From Phycisphaerales bacterium (lineage in GTDB: Bacteria; Planctomycetota; Phycisphaerae; Phycisphaerales; UBA1924), in the NCBI GenBank assembly GCA_046350435.1, contig JAXMAK010000003.1, positions 611,535 through 675,534 of the forward strand: 64,000 nt of DNA, in the 5' to 3' direction. A model generated the notes under the pieces. It was given only the letters and a program-made list of their open reading frames with translations, had not been told where the DNA came from and did not search any database. Each line of letters begins with the position of its first letter. The stretch's first letter is position 1. Shown one piece after another: positions 54,180-63,784 of this stretch. The translations under genes were made by a program, and so were the position numbers.

Positions 54180-54953
54180 GTGCGTGGTATATCGCTGACA
54201 TTGACCGTGTGCGTGCTCAGCGCATTCTGGTTTGCGACGAAGGATCTGCCTACGGCGGATTCGGCGGGGCCTTTCCATGCCAAAGTTGGCAAGGAGATTC
54301 TTGATTTGCCCACGACGCTGGGGAACTGGACGCTTTCAGAAAAGGTCGAGCCTCCTCCAGCGGCGCAGCAGTTGTTGCGGCCCAATGCGCTCACGGCGCG
54401 GATCATGCGAAACAGCGCGACGGGGAAGCAGGCGACGTTGATTGTCGTGCAATGCCGGGACGCGCGTGATATGGCTGGGCACTATCCGCCCAATTGCTAT
54501 CCGGCCCATGGCTGGCAGTGGCGAAACGAACCTTTGCCTGCGGAGAGCATTAGTATCACTTCCGGTGTCACCACTGGGGAGAGCGATATCGCTGCGCACG
54601 CGAGTGACGGCGGGACGAATGCCCGAGAACCTCTGCGAATTCCGTATCAGGTGTACGACTTCAAGCGGGTTGGAGGGGTTATTCGGGAAAAGCGGATTCG
54701 CATCTTCTCGTTCTTCGCTATACCTGGGCGGGGTCTGGTACCTGACATCAAGTCGGTGAAACAGGCCGCCGAAGATTATCGGGTACGTCCTTACGGGGCG
54801 GCACAGATACAGGTGATAGTGGATGGGTACGAACAGGATTCAGACTCGAAGGTGATCTTCGAGGATGTGATGAAGGAATGTGGATCGCTGCTGCATGTTT
54901 TGTCTGACGATCCATTGAGTACGCAGGTTTTGCAATCAAAGAGCACGCCATGA
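54180..54953 (+). CDS. EpsI-family exosortase-associated protein
   Basis: Signal anchor, then 'LGNWTLSEKVEPP...TLIVVQCRDARDMAGHYPPNCYPAHGWQW', the EpsI-type signature. Lies immediately after the exosortase. Confidence 0.7.
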   Translation: MRGISLTLTVCVLSAFWFATKDLPTADSAGPFHAKVGKEILDLPTTLGNWTLSEKVEPPPAAQQLLRPNALTARIMRNSATGKQATLIVVQCRDARDMAGHYPPNCYPAHGWQWRNEPLPAESISITSGVTTGESDIAAHASDGGTNAREPLRIPYQVYDFKRVGGVIREKRIRIFSFFAIPGRGLVPDIKSVKQAAEDYRVRPYGAAQIQVIVDGYEQDSDSKVIFEDVMKECGSLLHVLSDDPLSTQVLQSKSTP

Positions 54954-57262
54954 CGACGCTGAACGCACACAACGCCGACCTCAACGCACTGCCGCCAGGG
55001 ATGGGTGGTGGCATGGTGCCTTCGTATGGCGGGCCGGACCTTGGCGGCGCACCTCACCAGCAGGTGAACGTATTCAAGGTGCTGCACAATCTGTTTCGTG
55101 GGCGGTATCTTTTGACAATCGCGCTGGCGGGGACGGGCGCGATCATTGGTTTGCTGTTGGGGTGGCTGTCGCGTCAACCTGAGTACGCGAGCAAGACGAC
55201 GATTCGCATTCAACCGCTGCAACAGAGCGTCACACGCACGGGCATGGAAGTGACGCCCATGTTCGAGTCGTTTGTGAATACGCAGATGAACTTGATTCTG
55301 CAGGATCGCGTGATTCGCGCGGCGATGTCGCAGCCTGACTGGATCAAACTTGGCAAACCCAACACGCCCGAGATGGAAAAGGCGTATCGCGATTCGATCT
55401 CAGTGCGTTTGCCCAGCAGGACGTCGCTGGAAATCATCGAAGTCACTTGCACGGACGTGAATCCGGAAGCGGCGCACGTTGGTGTGACGCAGTTGTGCAA
55501 GAGCTATCTGGAAATCTTCGGCGACGGGTCGGTGGACCAGTTGGCGAAGATCAAGGATCAGATTCGCCAAGACAAGCGTCGGCAGATTGAGCAGAAGATC
55601 GACGACATTCAGAAGCGGCTCACGCAGCTTGCGCAGGATGTGGGTACGGATGATCCAACGGACATCGCGCGGTTCTTGACTGCGAAGCGATTGGATATTC
55701 AGTCGCAGATCGCGGCGATTGACCAGCAGCTCACGTCTCGCGGGTGGGCTCCGCCCAGCGAAGCGAAGGAAAAGGCGCCTGATGAAGATCTGACGAAAAC
55801 GGCGGCTCCTGTGAAGGATCCCAAGGACATGACGTTGGAGGAGATCGCCGCGGTTGATCAGGCGATGAGCGCGTTGATTGCGAACATGAAGGATGCGCGG
55901 TCGCGGAAGATGATGGCGATGGCGAGCGGCTTGGGCGAGAAGCACATGACCGTGAAGAAGATTCAGAATGAGATTGATGCGGTGATGAATCAGATGGATC
56001 GTCGCCGTGAAGAATGGCTGGGCAACAAGCCGGCGAGCATTGACACGATGCCTGCGGGGCAGGCGGCGTTTGGTGCGATCACGACTGAGTCGTTGTTGTC
56101 GCAGCGTGAGAGCCTGAAGCGTCAGTTCCGCGATACGTTCTCTGAGAGCAGCGATCTTGCGGTCAAGATTCAGGAAATGCGCGTGCTCAAGCAGAGTGAG
56201 TTTAACGAGCAGGCGAACTTGGATGAGCTTCGCAAGACGATTGAAAAGGATCAGTTGGATACGGACCTGCGTCGTCAGGCGGGCACGATTACGTTGCTGC
56301 AGCCTGAGCGGCCCCCCACTTCTCCGAGCAATGACAGCCGAATCAAGTTTGCGGCGATCTTCGGGTTCTTTGGTGCGTTCTTGCCGATCGCGGTCATGGG
56401 GTTGTATGGGTTGTTTGATCGCCGGTATCGGTACTCGGATGAAGCGATTGAGGAAGGGCCGACGAACACGACGCTGCTGGGCATTCTGCCTCGGCTTCCA
56501 ACCGACTTGAGCGACGTTGAGCAGGCATCGGCGGCGGCGCACTGCGTGCACCAGATTCGTGCGCTCGTGCAAATCGGTGGCAAGCATCGTCGCGTGTATG
56601 CGGTCACGAGCTCAAATCCGGGCGACGGCAAGACGAGCATGACGCTTGCGCTTGGGTTGTCGTTTGCGGGCAGCGGCAGCAAGACGTTGATTGTGGACCT
56701 GGACTTGATTGGTCAGGGCTTGTCGCGCAGCATGCGCATGCGTGAGCAGTCTTCGCTATTTACGGAATTGGTGGATGGCGACATCAAGGCTCGCATCAAG
56801 CCCACGACTTCGCACAATCTGTGGTTGCTCCCGACGGGTGTTGAGGACGATCATCGCACGGCGAATCGGCTGGCGGAGCCTCAGATCACGCGACTGATCG
56901 AGACGGTGCGTGATGACTATGACATTGTGCTGATTGATACGGGCCCGGTCTTGGGCTCGATTGAGGCTCACCTGACTTGTGCGCAGGCGGATGGCGTGAT
57001 TCTGGTGGTTGGCGCTGGGCGTGCCCGCGGGCAGGTCAAGGCGGCGGTCGATCAGCTCCGCCGAGTCAATGCGAAGTTGCTGGGCTTGGTGTTCAACCTC
57101 GCTCAGTCCAAGGACTTCCGCACGAGCGCGGCGAGCCAGAGTTTCCGCAGCATCAGGCCTGATGGGCCTGCTCCGGAGCCGGTCAATCCGGCGGACTATC
57201 CGGAGATGGAGCCTTTGCCTCGCGTGGTGGCTTTGGACACGAAGCCCACGACGCGTCGATAG
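54950..57262 (+). CDS. Polysaccharide chain-length determinant (Wzz/GumC-like) fused to a BY-kinase-type P-loop ATPase
   Basis: ATGA overlap with the epsI stop. Two TM helices flank a long coiled-coil periplasmic region. Walker A 'SSNPGDGKTSMT', A' 'IVLIDTGPV', B 'ADGVILVV'. Confidence 0.85.
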   Translation: MTTLNAHNADLNALPPGMGGGMVPSYGGPDLGGAPHQQVNVFKVLHNLFRGRYLLTIALAGTGAIIGLLLGWLSRQPEYASKTTIRIQPLQQSVTRTGMEVTPMFESFVNTQMNLILQDRVIRAAMSQPDWIKLGKPNTPEMEKAYRDSISVRLPSRTSLEIIEVTCTDVNPEAAHVGVTQLCKSYLEIFGDGSVDQLAKIKDQIRQDKRRQIEQKIDDIQKRLTQLAQDVGTDDPTDIARFLTAKRLDIQSQIAAIDQQLTSRGWAPPSEAKEKAPDEDLTKTAAPVKDPKDMTLEEIAAVDQAMSALIANMKDARSRKMMAMASGLGEKHMTVKKIQNEIDAVMNQMDRRREEWLGNKPASIDTMPAGQAAFGAITTESLLSQRESLKRQFRDTFSESSDLAVKIQEMRVLKQSEFNEQANLDELRKTIEKDQLDTDLRRQAGTITLLQPERPPTSPSNDSRIKFAAIFGFFGAFLPIAVMGLYGLFDRRYRYSDEAIEEGPTNTTLLGILPRLPTDLSDVEQASAAAHCVHQIRALVQIGGKHRRVYAVTSSNPGDGKTSMTLALGLSFAGSGSKTLIVDLDLIGQGLSRSMRMREQSSLFTELVDGDIKARIKPTTSHNLWLLPTGVEDDHRTANRLAEPQITRLIETVRDDYDIVLIDTGPVLGSIEAHLTCAQADGVILVVGAGRARGQVKAAVDQLRRVNAKLLGLVFNLAQSKDFRTSAASQSFRSIRPDGPAPEPVNPADYPEMEPLPRVVALDTKPTTRR

Positions 57263-57284
57263 AGAGGAACGGGTTGGAGGTTCC

Positions 57285-57435
57285 TTTCAGCACAGAGACA
57301 CAGAGTTCAGGAGGGGGAAGAGAAGATGATGGGATGATGGGATGATGAGTAGTTGAGAAAAGTACGACGATCCTGACTTCATCACATCGCCATCTCATTC
57401 GCCTCTTGATCTCAGAGTCTCTGTGCTGAAAAAAG
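57285..57435. repeat. Octad-family variant: 14-bp perfect inverted repeat TTTCAGCACAGAGA / TCTCTGTGCTGAAA
   Basis: 57285..57298 and 57417..57430 are perfect reverse complements. The right arm context 57397..57435 matches 41112..41148. Confidence 0.75.
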
Positions 57436-57505
57436 AAGTTGTGGTGTGACTGATGGATCGCGGATCGATTGGAAGTGTCGAGCCGCCGTTTGAATTTCAA
57501 CGAGA

Positions 57506-59005
57506 TTGGCAGACACGGAAGTCATGACGACGCTTGCGGCACATGGTGCGGACTTGAGTGGTGAGGCGAAGCCTGCACCGGTGATCCATACGCATCATCC
57601 GGCCAACGCCCCCACTGTCTGGGGTTTGGATTGGGCGGATCTGCATGCTCGGTATTGGGCGGCGCGGGGTGTGCAGTTGGTTCGGCCCGGCGAGCGCACG
57701 CCATTGGTCGCGCATGCTGAACTCTACATGCTGCTGGATCATGATTCGCTTGCGCTGTTTCGGCTGGCGTCGATTCTGGATGATGCGAGTTGGATCAATC
57801 CGGACTTGATTGTCGTGCGTGTGATGGACAAGGCCAAGCAGCCTTACGCCGAGCGGATCGTGTCGGATGAGCAGGGGACGTTCAAGGGCTATCAACGGAT
57901 TTATAACGCTTCGCAGATTCGGCTGGGGCGCGTTGTGCTGACGACGGATCGCGCGTTAGCTGCGGTGTGGCAGGAAGCGCCGGAAGCCGCGACTGGGTGG
58001 CAGCAATTGCGGAAACTCACGCGTCGACAGGATCGCTTTCCGGTGAAGTTGCCTGGCAAGTTGTTTGACATGAGCAATCCGGATGACGTGGCGCGATTCG
58101 GGCATGATCTGGTGCAGGAGTGGCAGCGGCCTGACGCGACGATTTCGCGGATTCGACAGGTTGGCGAGGGCATTTGGGCGGACAAGGACGCGAATGTCAC
58201 GGTCGGGCCTGGTGTGCGCGGGCCTTTGTGGATTGGCGCGGGAAGAGAACTGACGAGTTCGAGTTCTGCGGTGGGTCCGGCGGTGCTGTGGGACAAAGCT
58301 GAGAAGCGGCCCAAGGAAGATGACATTGAATGGCTGGACGTGGAGACGCTTTCGGCACCCGCGCCCAAGTCGCTGCTCAACAAGTCGGGCACGACGGCGA
58401 AGAAGCGGCCATTCAAGCGTGCGTTTGATATCGCGTTCGCGAGTGCGGCGATTTTGGCGACGGCACCGGTGTATCCGCTTGTGACGCTGGCGATTTTGAT
58501 CGAGGATGGGCGACCCATTTTCTTCCGGCACCGGCGCGAGACGCGCGGCGGGCGAGAATTCGGGTGTCTTAAGTTCCGCAGCATGCGCAAGGACAGCGAA
58601 GAGATCAAAGCGAAGTTGATGGCGCAGAATCAGGCGGACGGGCCGCAGTTTTTTATCAAGAACGATCCGCGGCTGACGAAGGTCGGCGCGTTCATTCGTG
58701 AATTTCAGATTGATGAACTGCCTCAGTTGTTCAATATCTTGAAGGGCGACATGAGCGTCGTCGGACCTCGCCCCAGCCCGTTCAAAGAGAATCAATATTG
58801 CCCGCCCTGGCGCGAGGCTCGGCTGTCGGTGCGCCCCGGGCTCACGGGGCTGTGGCAGATTTCGCGCACTCGTGAAGAAGGAAACGACTTTCAGGAGTGG
58901 ATCAAGTACGACATTCGATATGTGGAGAAGCAGTCTTTCTGGATGGACATCTGGATCATCTGGAGGACGGTGATGATGCTGGTGCGAAGGGCGACGAAGT
59001 CGTAG
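57506..59005 (+). CDS. Bacterial sugar transferase (polyprenyl-phosphate hexose-1-phosphate transferase) with a ~300-aa unassigned N-terminal domain
   Basis: The C-terminal ~200 aa carry 'KRAFDIAFAS...LIEDGRPIFFRHRRETRGGREFGCLKFRSM...DPRLTKVGAFIREFQIDELPQLFNILKGDMSVVGPRP', hallmark of the WbaP/EpsB family. The N-terminal 300 aa are soluble and unrecognised. Confidence 0.85.
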   Translation: MADTEVMTTLAAHGADLSGEAKPAPVIHTHHPANAPTVWGLDWADLHARYWAARGVQLVRPGERTPLVAHAELYMLLDHDSLALFRLASILDDASWINPDLIVVRVMDKAKQPYAERIVSDEQGTFKGYQRIYNASQIRLGRVVLTTDRALAAVWQEAPEAATGWQQLRKLTRRQDRFPVKLPGKLFDMSNPDDVARFGHDLVQEWQRPDATISRIRQVGEGIWADKDANVTVGPGVRGPLWIGAGRELTSSSSAVGPAVLWDKAEKRPKEDDIEWLDVETLSAPAPKSLLNKSGTTAKKRPFKRAFDIAFASAAILATAPVYPLVTLAILIEDGRPIFFRHRRETRGGREFGCLKFRSMRKDSEEIKAKLMAQNQADGPQFFIKNDPRLTKVGAFIREFQIDELPQLFNILKGDMSVVGPRPSPFKENQYCPPWREARLSVRPGLTGLWQISRTREEGNDFQEWIKYDIRYVEKQSFWMDIWIIWRTVMMLVRRATKS

Positions 59006-59008
59006 GAC

Positions 59009-59090
59009 AAGGCATTGGGGATTGGGCATTGGGCATTAGAAAAGATGCCAGCCTTGTTTGCCAATGCCTAATGCCCAATCCCCAATGCCT
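59009..59090. repeat. Heptad-built palindromic element (GGCATTG family), copy 4
   Basis: Left arm 59009..59038 'aaggcattggggattgggcattgggcattag'. Right arm 59063..59090 'aatgcctaatgcccaatccccaatgcct', identical to 20496..20523. Lies between the sugar transferase and TPR genes. Confidence 0.85.
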
Positions 59091-59104
59091 CTTGGATTTT
59101 TACT

Positions 59105-62100
59105 ATGAAACTCAAACCAAAGACATCTCGGCGGTTGATGATTCTGGGTGGTGTGACGCTGGGTGTCGTCGGCGGGATCACGACGCTGTTTCTGGTGCGC
59201 AACGCCGGGAAGGCGAGCAAGGTGGCGAGCAATCGTGCGCTTGGATTGCAGATGGTGGCGCAGGGGAACTACTACCCGGCGCTGGGCTATCTCGCGAACG
59301 CGATTGAGAGCAACAAGGACATGAACGATCGCGAGGCACTGATCGCGTATGGATACGCGCGTGAAGCGATCGAGGAGCCGGATAGCGGGCATATTCGCGA
59401 AGCGATCACTATTTTTCAGCGTGTGTGGTCGCTTGATCACTCGGATCGCAAGATCGGGCTGCACCTGATTGATTTGTGCAACTCGATGGGGATGTATCCG
59501 GAAGCAAAGGACATTGCGTCTCGGCTGCGCACCGGGGATATTGCGAAGGTGCCTCTTGAGGACTTTGAACTGCTTCGGCAGGAAGGCAACGCACGCATCG
59601 GCGCGAACCCGACTGATCCGGAGATCACGCCCATCTTGCGGCGGTTGCTGGAACTCAAGCCCGATGACTTCCCGACGCAGGTTGTGCTGGTCGAGCACTT
59701 GCGAGATCGAGGCAAGGGTAATGAGGCGAATGAATTTGTTGCGTCGCTGGGAACGGGCGACACGCCCGAGCGTAAGGCGCAGATTGAACTCGTGACGGCG
59801 CTCGCGAAGCGCGATATGCCGGGGTATAACGCGAGCGACAAGATTTTTGATGCGTTGTGCGAGATTGCGGGCATTGATCCGATGACGGCGGGGCCAACTC
59901 GTGATGCGAAGTTGTCGGCGCTTGAGACACTGCGTGCGGCTGCGCTGTTTGACAGCGTTGGTGCGTTCCAGCACACGCTGGCGGTGCTGAGTGCTGGCGT
60001 CAAGAACACGAAGGATCCGGTGGTGCTGCGCGTGCTCGCGCGGCGCAGTTGGATGTCGGGCCGGCCTGGCGACACGCTGGCGCTGATTCCGGAAGTTGAT
60101 CTGGGACCATCGGGCACGCCCAGCGAAGTACTGGTGTATCGCGCGTTGTCGTTTGCTGACATGGGTAAGCACGCTGAGAAGCAGACAATTGTCGATGCGC
60201 TCGCGAAGCGTGAGGGCGACTATCGCGCGAAGGCGTGGGCGATGGCGTTCAAGGTGGTTGCGACTGAGAAGGAAACGCCGCCGAGCGATGTTGTGCCTGT
60301 GCTGCATGAAGCGCTCAAGGTTGCGAAGAACGATCCGGTGCTGCTGACGTATCAGGGCGAGAACTTGCAGCGATTGGGACGATTTGCGGAAGCGCGGCAG
60401 GCTTGGGAGACGGCGTGCGCGTCGTCGATGAGTGTGGGTTGGCTGCGGCCTTGGCTGAATCGCGCGAACCTCGCGCTCGCGCAAGGCAAGCCGATCACCG
60501 CGCTCGAAGCGGCGGAAGCGGCGACGCGTATTGCGCCGCGCAGCATGGCGACGTTTGCGACGTACTTCCGTGCGCAGGTCACTTTGCTTGAAAATGGATA
60601 CGCGAATGCTGAGAAGCCTGATGCGCTACTCAAGTTGGCGGACAGGATTGATGCGGAGCTTGCGCTGAATCCCAATCAAGCGGAGATCAAGCCGTTCCGT
60701 GAGTTAATGGTGACGGGACGTGTGTTGCTTGCGGGACTCACGGGTGGACAGAGCGGTGCGAAGGAGATGTGGGAAAAGACGCAGAAGGACCTTGGGCCAT
60801 TCTCGAATGACACATATGCACAGTTGGCTCAGACGAGCCTGAAGCGGAACCTGGGGCTTGGGTCGGCGGTGCTGGCGGCTTGGGAAAAAACGGAAGGTTT
60901 GACGCCTCGCATTGGATTGGCTCGCGCGTTTGAGATGCGGGCGGCGAATAACGATGCGGGTGCGCAGGCGATGCTGCGTGAGCAGGCGGGGATGAAGCGA
61001 GCTGACAGCGAACGCATGATGGCGCTGGGGTGGCGGCAGGCGTTGGCGCAGTATTTAGGCGCGATTGATGATCCCAAGGCGAAAGATGCTTGGACTGAGA
61101 GTGCGGACTTTGCTCCGGACAACTTGGATGCGCAGTACGCGGCGGTGCAGGCACCGAGCGTTGCGACAGACCTTGCGCTCGTCAATCGACTGTTGGAGCG
61201 AATCGCCGCAGCGAGTAAGTTCACGCCTGATTCGCTGCCTCCTCAATTGCGTTTGGCGAAGGCGCGGGCGCTGCTTGCGGAACCGTTGACGCCGGCGAAT
61301 CGCACGGAGTCGGTCGCGCTGCTGCGGCAGTTGATTGGACAGGAACGCGATTTGGTTGATGCACAGATTTTGCTGGTGCGGGCGCTGATGATGGATCGGC
61401 CTGATGTGGGCGTGAAGCCTTTGCGCAGCGAGGCGATCGCGGCGATCAATGGGTTGCTGCCGTACGTGCCAGACCAAGACAACTGGACGCTGGAGCAGGC
61501 GAAGTTGTATAAGGGTGAGGGCGATCTGACGAATGCGGTTGCGATGTTTACTCGCATTGCGGAGTCGGATACGTCGCCTGTCGCGCTGAAGATTCTGGCG
61601 GTGGAAGAGATGGCGTCGGTGCGCGAGTATGACGCGGCTTCGCGCGTGTTGGAGAAGTTGCGATCGACGGTGCCTGCGGAGTCGCGGCCTCCGGTGGACC
61701 TGAAGTTGGCGGAGATGTATCGCGCGATGAAGAAGGATCGCAGTGCGCGTGATATGTATCGCTCGATTGATGTGGCTTCGCTGTCGCGTGCGGAGTATGT
61801 GATTGCGCTCGCTGAAGGGCTGCATGGGTATGGCGATGTGGACGCAGCGAAGACGGCGATTGCTCGCTTGGATGCGTTGGATGTCACGCCTGATGGAAAG
61901 TTGATTGGCAAGGCGCGGTTCTTTGCTCGCACGAATCGGCCCAGCGAGGCTGAGGCGGCGCTGCGCGAGGCTGTGACGAAGTTCCCGGATTCGTCGGAGG
62001 CTTGGACGAGCCTTGCGTCGTTGCTGGTTGAACAAGGGAAGATGGATGACGCTCGCGCGGTTGTCGCGCAGGCGAAGGGCAAGTTGCCCAAGGACACACG

Positions 62101-63784
62101 CATCGCGAGTTTGGATCGCCAACTGGCGGTGCTTGCGGATAGCGGGCTCACGGGGAACACGTCGCTGGATGACATGGTCAAGATTCTGGAGCAGAATCCT
62201 GCGACGGCGGCGCGTGCTGAAGGCGTGAAGGCGATTTCGGCGGCGCAGAAGGCTGGGCAACTCAAGAGCACGGAACGCGTGAATGAACTCAAGGCACGCT
62301 TCAAGGCTGATCCGTCGTTGCTTGCGGTCTTGGCTCGCACATTGACCAACGAGAAGCCGCCTCAGATGAATCTCGCGGCGGGCGTGCTCAACGAAGCGAT
62401 GCAGAATCACCCGGCGTCGGCGGAGATCGCGATTCTGGGAACGAACATGTTCCGGCAGATGGGCGACCTCAACACTGCGCTGCGGTATGCGACTGCGTGG
62501 CAGGAATTGGATTCGCAGCCTTTGGCGGACATGATCGTCGCGGAAATCAAACTCTCGATGAATCAGCCTGAGGGCGTCGCGCAGATGTTGGAGCCGCTGG
62601 TGCTCAACGCGAAGTTGGCGCCGGAGAACCCGTCGAACGTGCGGATGATGACGCTGTATGGTCAGGCACTGATTCTGAATGGCAAGACGGATCAGGCTTC
62701 GCAGGAATTGGGCGGGTTGCTGCAGGCTTCGAGTGGATTGCGGACGCAGTTCTGGCTTGGCTCGGCTGGGTCACTCATCACGCCCGACAGCAAGGTGCGG
62801 GCGTGGATTGATCGCGTGAAGCCCATGATCGATGGGACGCGCGAGGAAGAAGAACTGGCTCTGGCTGGTGCGTATGCAAACGCGGCGGCTCGATTCCCGT
62901 CATTGGCGACGGAGTACAACTCGGAGGCTGAGAAAACGCTGCGGAAACTCACGACGAGGGCTGACGCGAGCGCGCGGGCCTGGGAAGCGCTGGGTTCGTT
63001 GATGCAAAGCCGCAATTCACCTGATACCGTGATGGCGTACAACCAGGCGTTGACGAAGGACTCCAAGTCGGTCTTCGCGCTGCGCGGGCTAGCGAGCGTC
63101 GAGAAAGACAGCGCGAAGGCCATGGACTACGCCAAGCGGGCGTATGAGATCACTGGTCCTAACGACGCAATCTCGCAGTTGCTGTATGGGCAGACGCTGG
63201 TTGTGAATGGGCGGTCATTGAGCGGGGCTCCGCAGCAACAGGCGTATGCGCAGGCGGAGAACTTGCTTGCGAACCATGTCGCGGTGGTGCCCAACGACGT
63301 CCAAGGCAGGCTGTTCTTGATCGAGGCTTTGGAGGGACAGGGCAAGTTGGAGAAGACGTTTGATCAGTACGAGGCGTTGGTCAACAACACCTCGTTGACG
63401 GGGATCAATCGCGCTGGCGTGCTGAACAACTACGCGTATGCGATCGTGAGAGCGGGCAAGGGGAACCTTGAACTTGAACGAGCGAAGGCGATGGTTGAAC
63501 AGGCAACCCAGATTCAACCCGAGTCAGCCTTCTACGACACGCTGGGTTCGGTCGAGAGGGCTCGCCGCAAGCGCGACCTGGCGATCGCGGCGTACCGGAA
63601 AGCTATACAGATAGACTCGACGGCGTACGGGTCGATTCTGTCACTGGCGGAAGTGCTTCGAGATGGCACCCCCACCCCTGCTGAGGTGGAAGAAGCGAAA
63701 ACCCTGATCAAACGCTTGCGTGAAGCTGGGCAGGCTGTGCCAGCCGAAGTGAGGGAGCGATTGGCGAGCGTGCGAGATCAATAG
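59105..63784 (+). CDS. Giant TPR-repeat protein (PEP-CTERM-system PrsT-like), membrane-anchored
   Basis: 1559 aa. N-terminal anchor (RRLMILGGVTLGVVGGITTLFLV). Pervasive Ala/Leu-rich 34-aa-type helical repeats. Last gene of the exosortase locus. Confidence 0.75.
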   Translation: MKLKPKTSRRLMILGGVTLGVVGGITTLFLVRNAGKASKVASNRALGLQMVAQGNYYPALGYLANAIESNKDMNDREALIAYGYAREAIEEPDSGHIREAITIFQRVWSLDHSDRKIGLHLIDLCNSMGMYPEAKDIASRLRTGDIAKVPLEDFELLRQEGNARIGANPTDPEITPILRRLLELKPDDFPTQVVLVEHLRDRGKGNEANEFVASLGTGDTPERKAQIELVTALAKRDMPGYNASDKIFDALCEIAGIDPMTAGPTRDAKLSALETLRAAALFDSVGAFQHTLAVLSAGVKNTKDPVVLRVLARRSWMSGRPGDTLALIPEVDLGPSGTPSEVLVYRALSFADMGKHAEKQTIVDALAKREGDYRAKAWAMAFKVVATEKETPPSDVVPVLHEALKVAKNDPVLLTYQGENLQRLGRFAEARQAWETACASSMSVGWLRPWLNRANLALAQGKPITALEAAEAATRIAPRSMATFATYFRAQVTLLENGYANAEKPDALLKLADRIDAELALNPNQAEIKPFRELMVTGRVLLAGLTGGQSGAKEMWEKTQKDLGPFSNDTYAQLAQTSLKRNLGLGSAVLAAWEKTEGLTPRIGLARAFEMRAANNDAGAQAMLREQAGMKRADSERMMALGWRQALAQYLGAIDDPKAKDAWTESADFAPDNLDAQYAAVQAPSVATDLALVNRLLERIAAASKFTPDSLPPQLRLAKARALLAEPLTPANRTESVALLRQLIGQERDLVDAQILLVRALMMDRPDVGVKPLRSEAIAAINGLLPYVPDQDNWTLEQAKLYKGEGDLTNAVAMFTRIAESDTSPVALKILAVEEMASVREYDAASRVLEKLRSTVPAESRPPVDLKLAEMYRAMKKDRSARDMYRSIDVASLSRAEYVIALAEGLHGYGDVDAAKTAIARLDALDVTPDGKLIGKARFFARTNRPSEAEAALREAVTKFPDSSEAWTSLASLLVEQGKMDDARAVVAQAKGKLPKDTRIASLDRQLAVLADSGLTGNTSLDDMVKILEQNPATAARAEGVKAISAAQKAGQLKSTERVNELKARFKADPSLLAVLARTLTNEKPPQMNLAAGVLNEAMQNHPASAEIAILGTNMFRQMGDLNTALRYATAWQELDSQPLADMIVAEIKLSMNQPEGVAQMLEPLVLNAKLAPENPSNVRMMTLYGQALILNGKTDQASQELGGLLQASSGLRTQFWLGSAGSLITPDSKVRAWIDRVKPMIDGTREEEELALAGAYANAAARFPSLATEYNSEAEKTLRKLTTRADASARAWEALGSLMQSRNSPDTVMAYNQALTKDSKSVFALRGLASVEKDSAKAMDYAKRAYEITGPNDAISQLLYGQTLVVNGRSLSGAPQQQAYAQAENLLANHVAVVPNDVQGRLFLIEALEGQGKLEKTFDQYEALVNNTSLTGINRAGVLNNYAYAIVRAGKGNLELERAKAMVEQATQIQPESAFYDTLGSVERARRKRDLAIAAYRKAIQIDSTAYGSILSLAEVLRDGTPTPAEVEEAKTLIKRLREAGQAVPAEVRERLASVRDQ

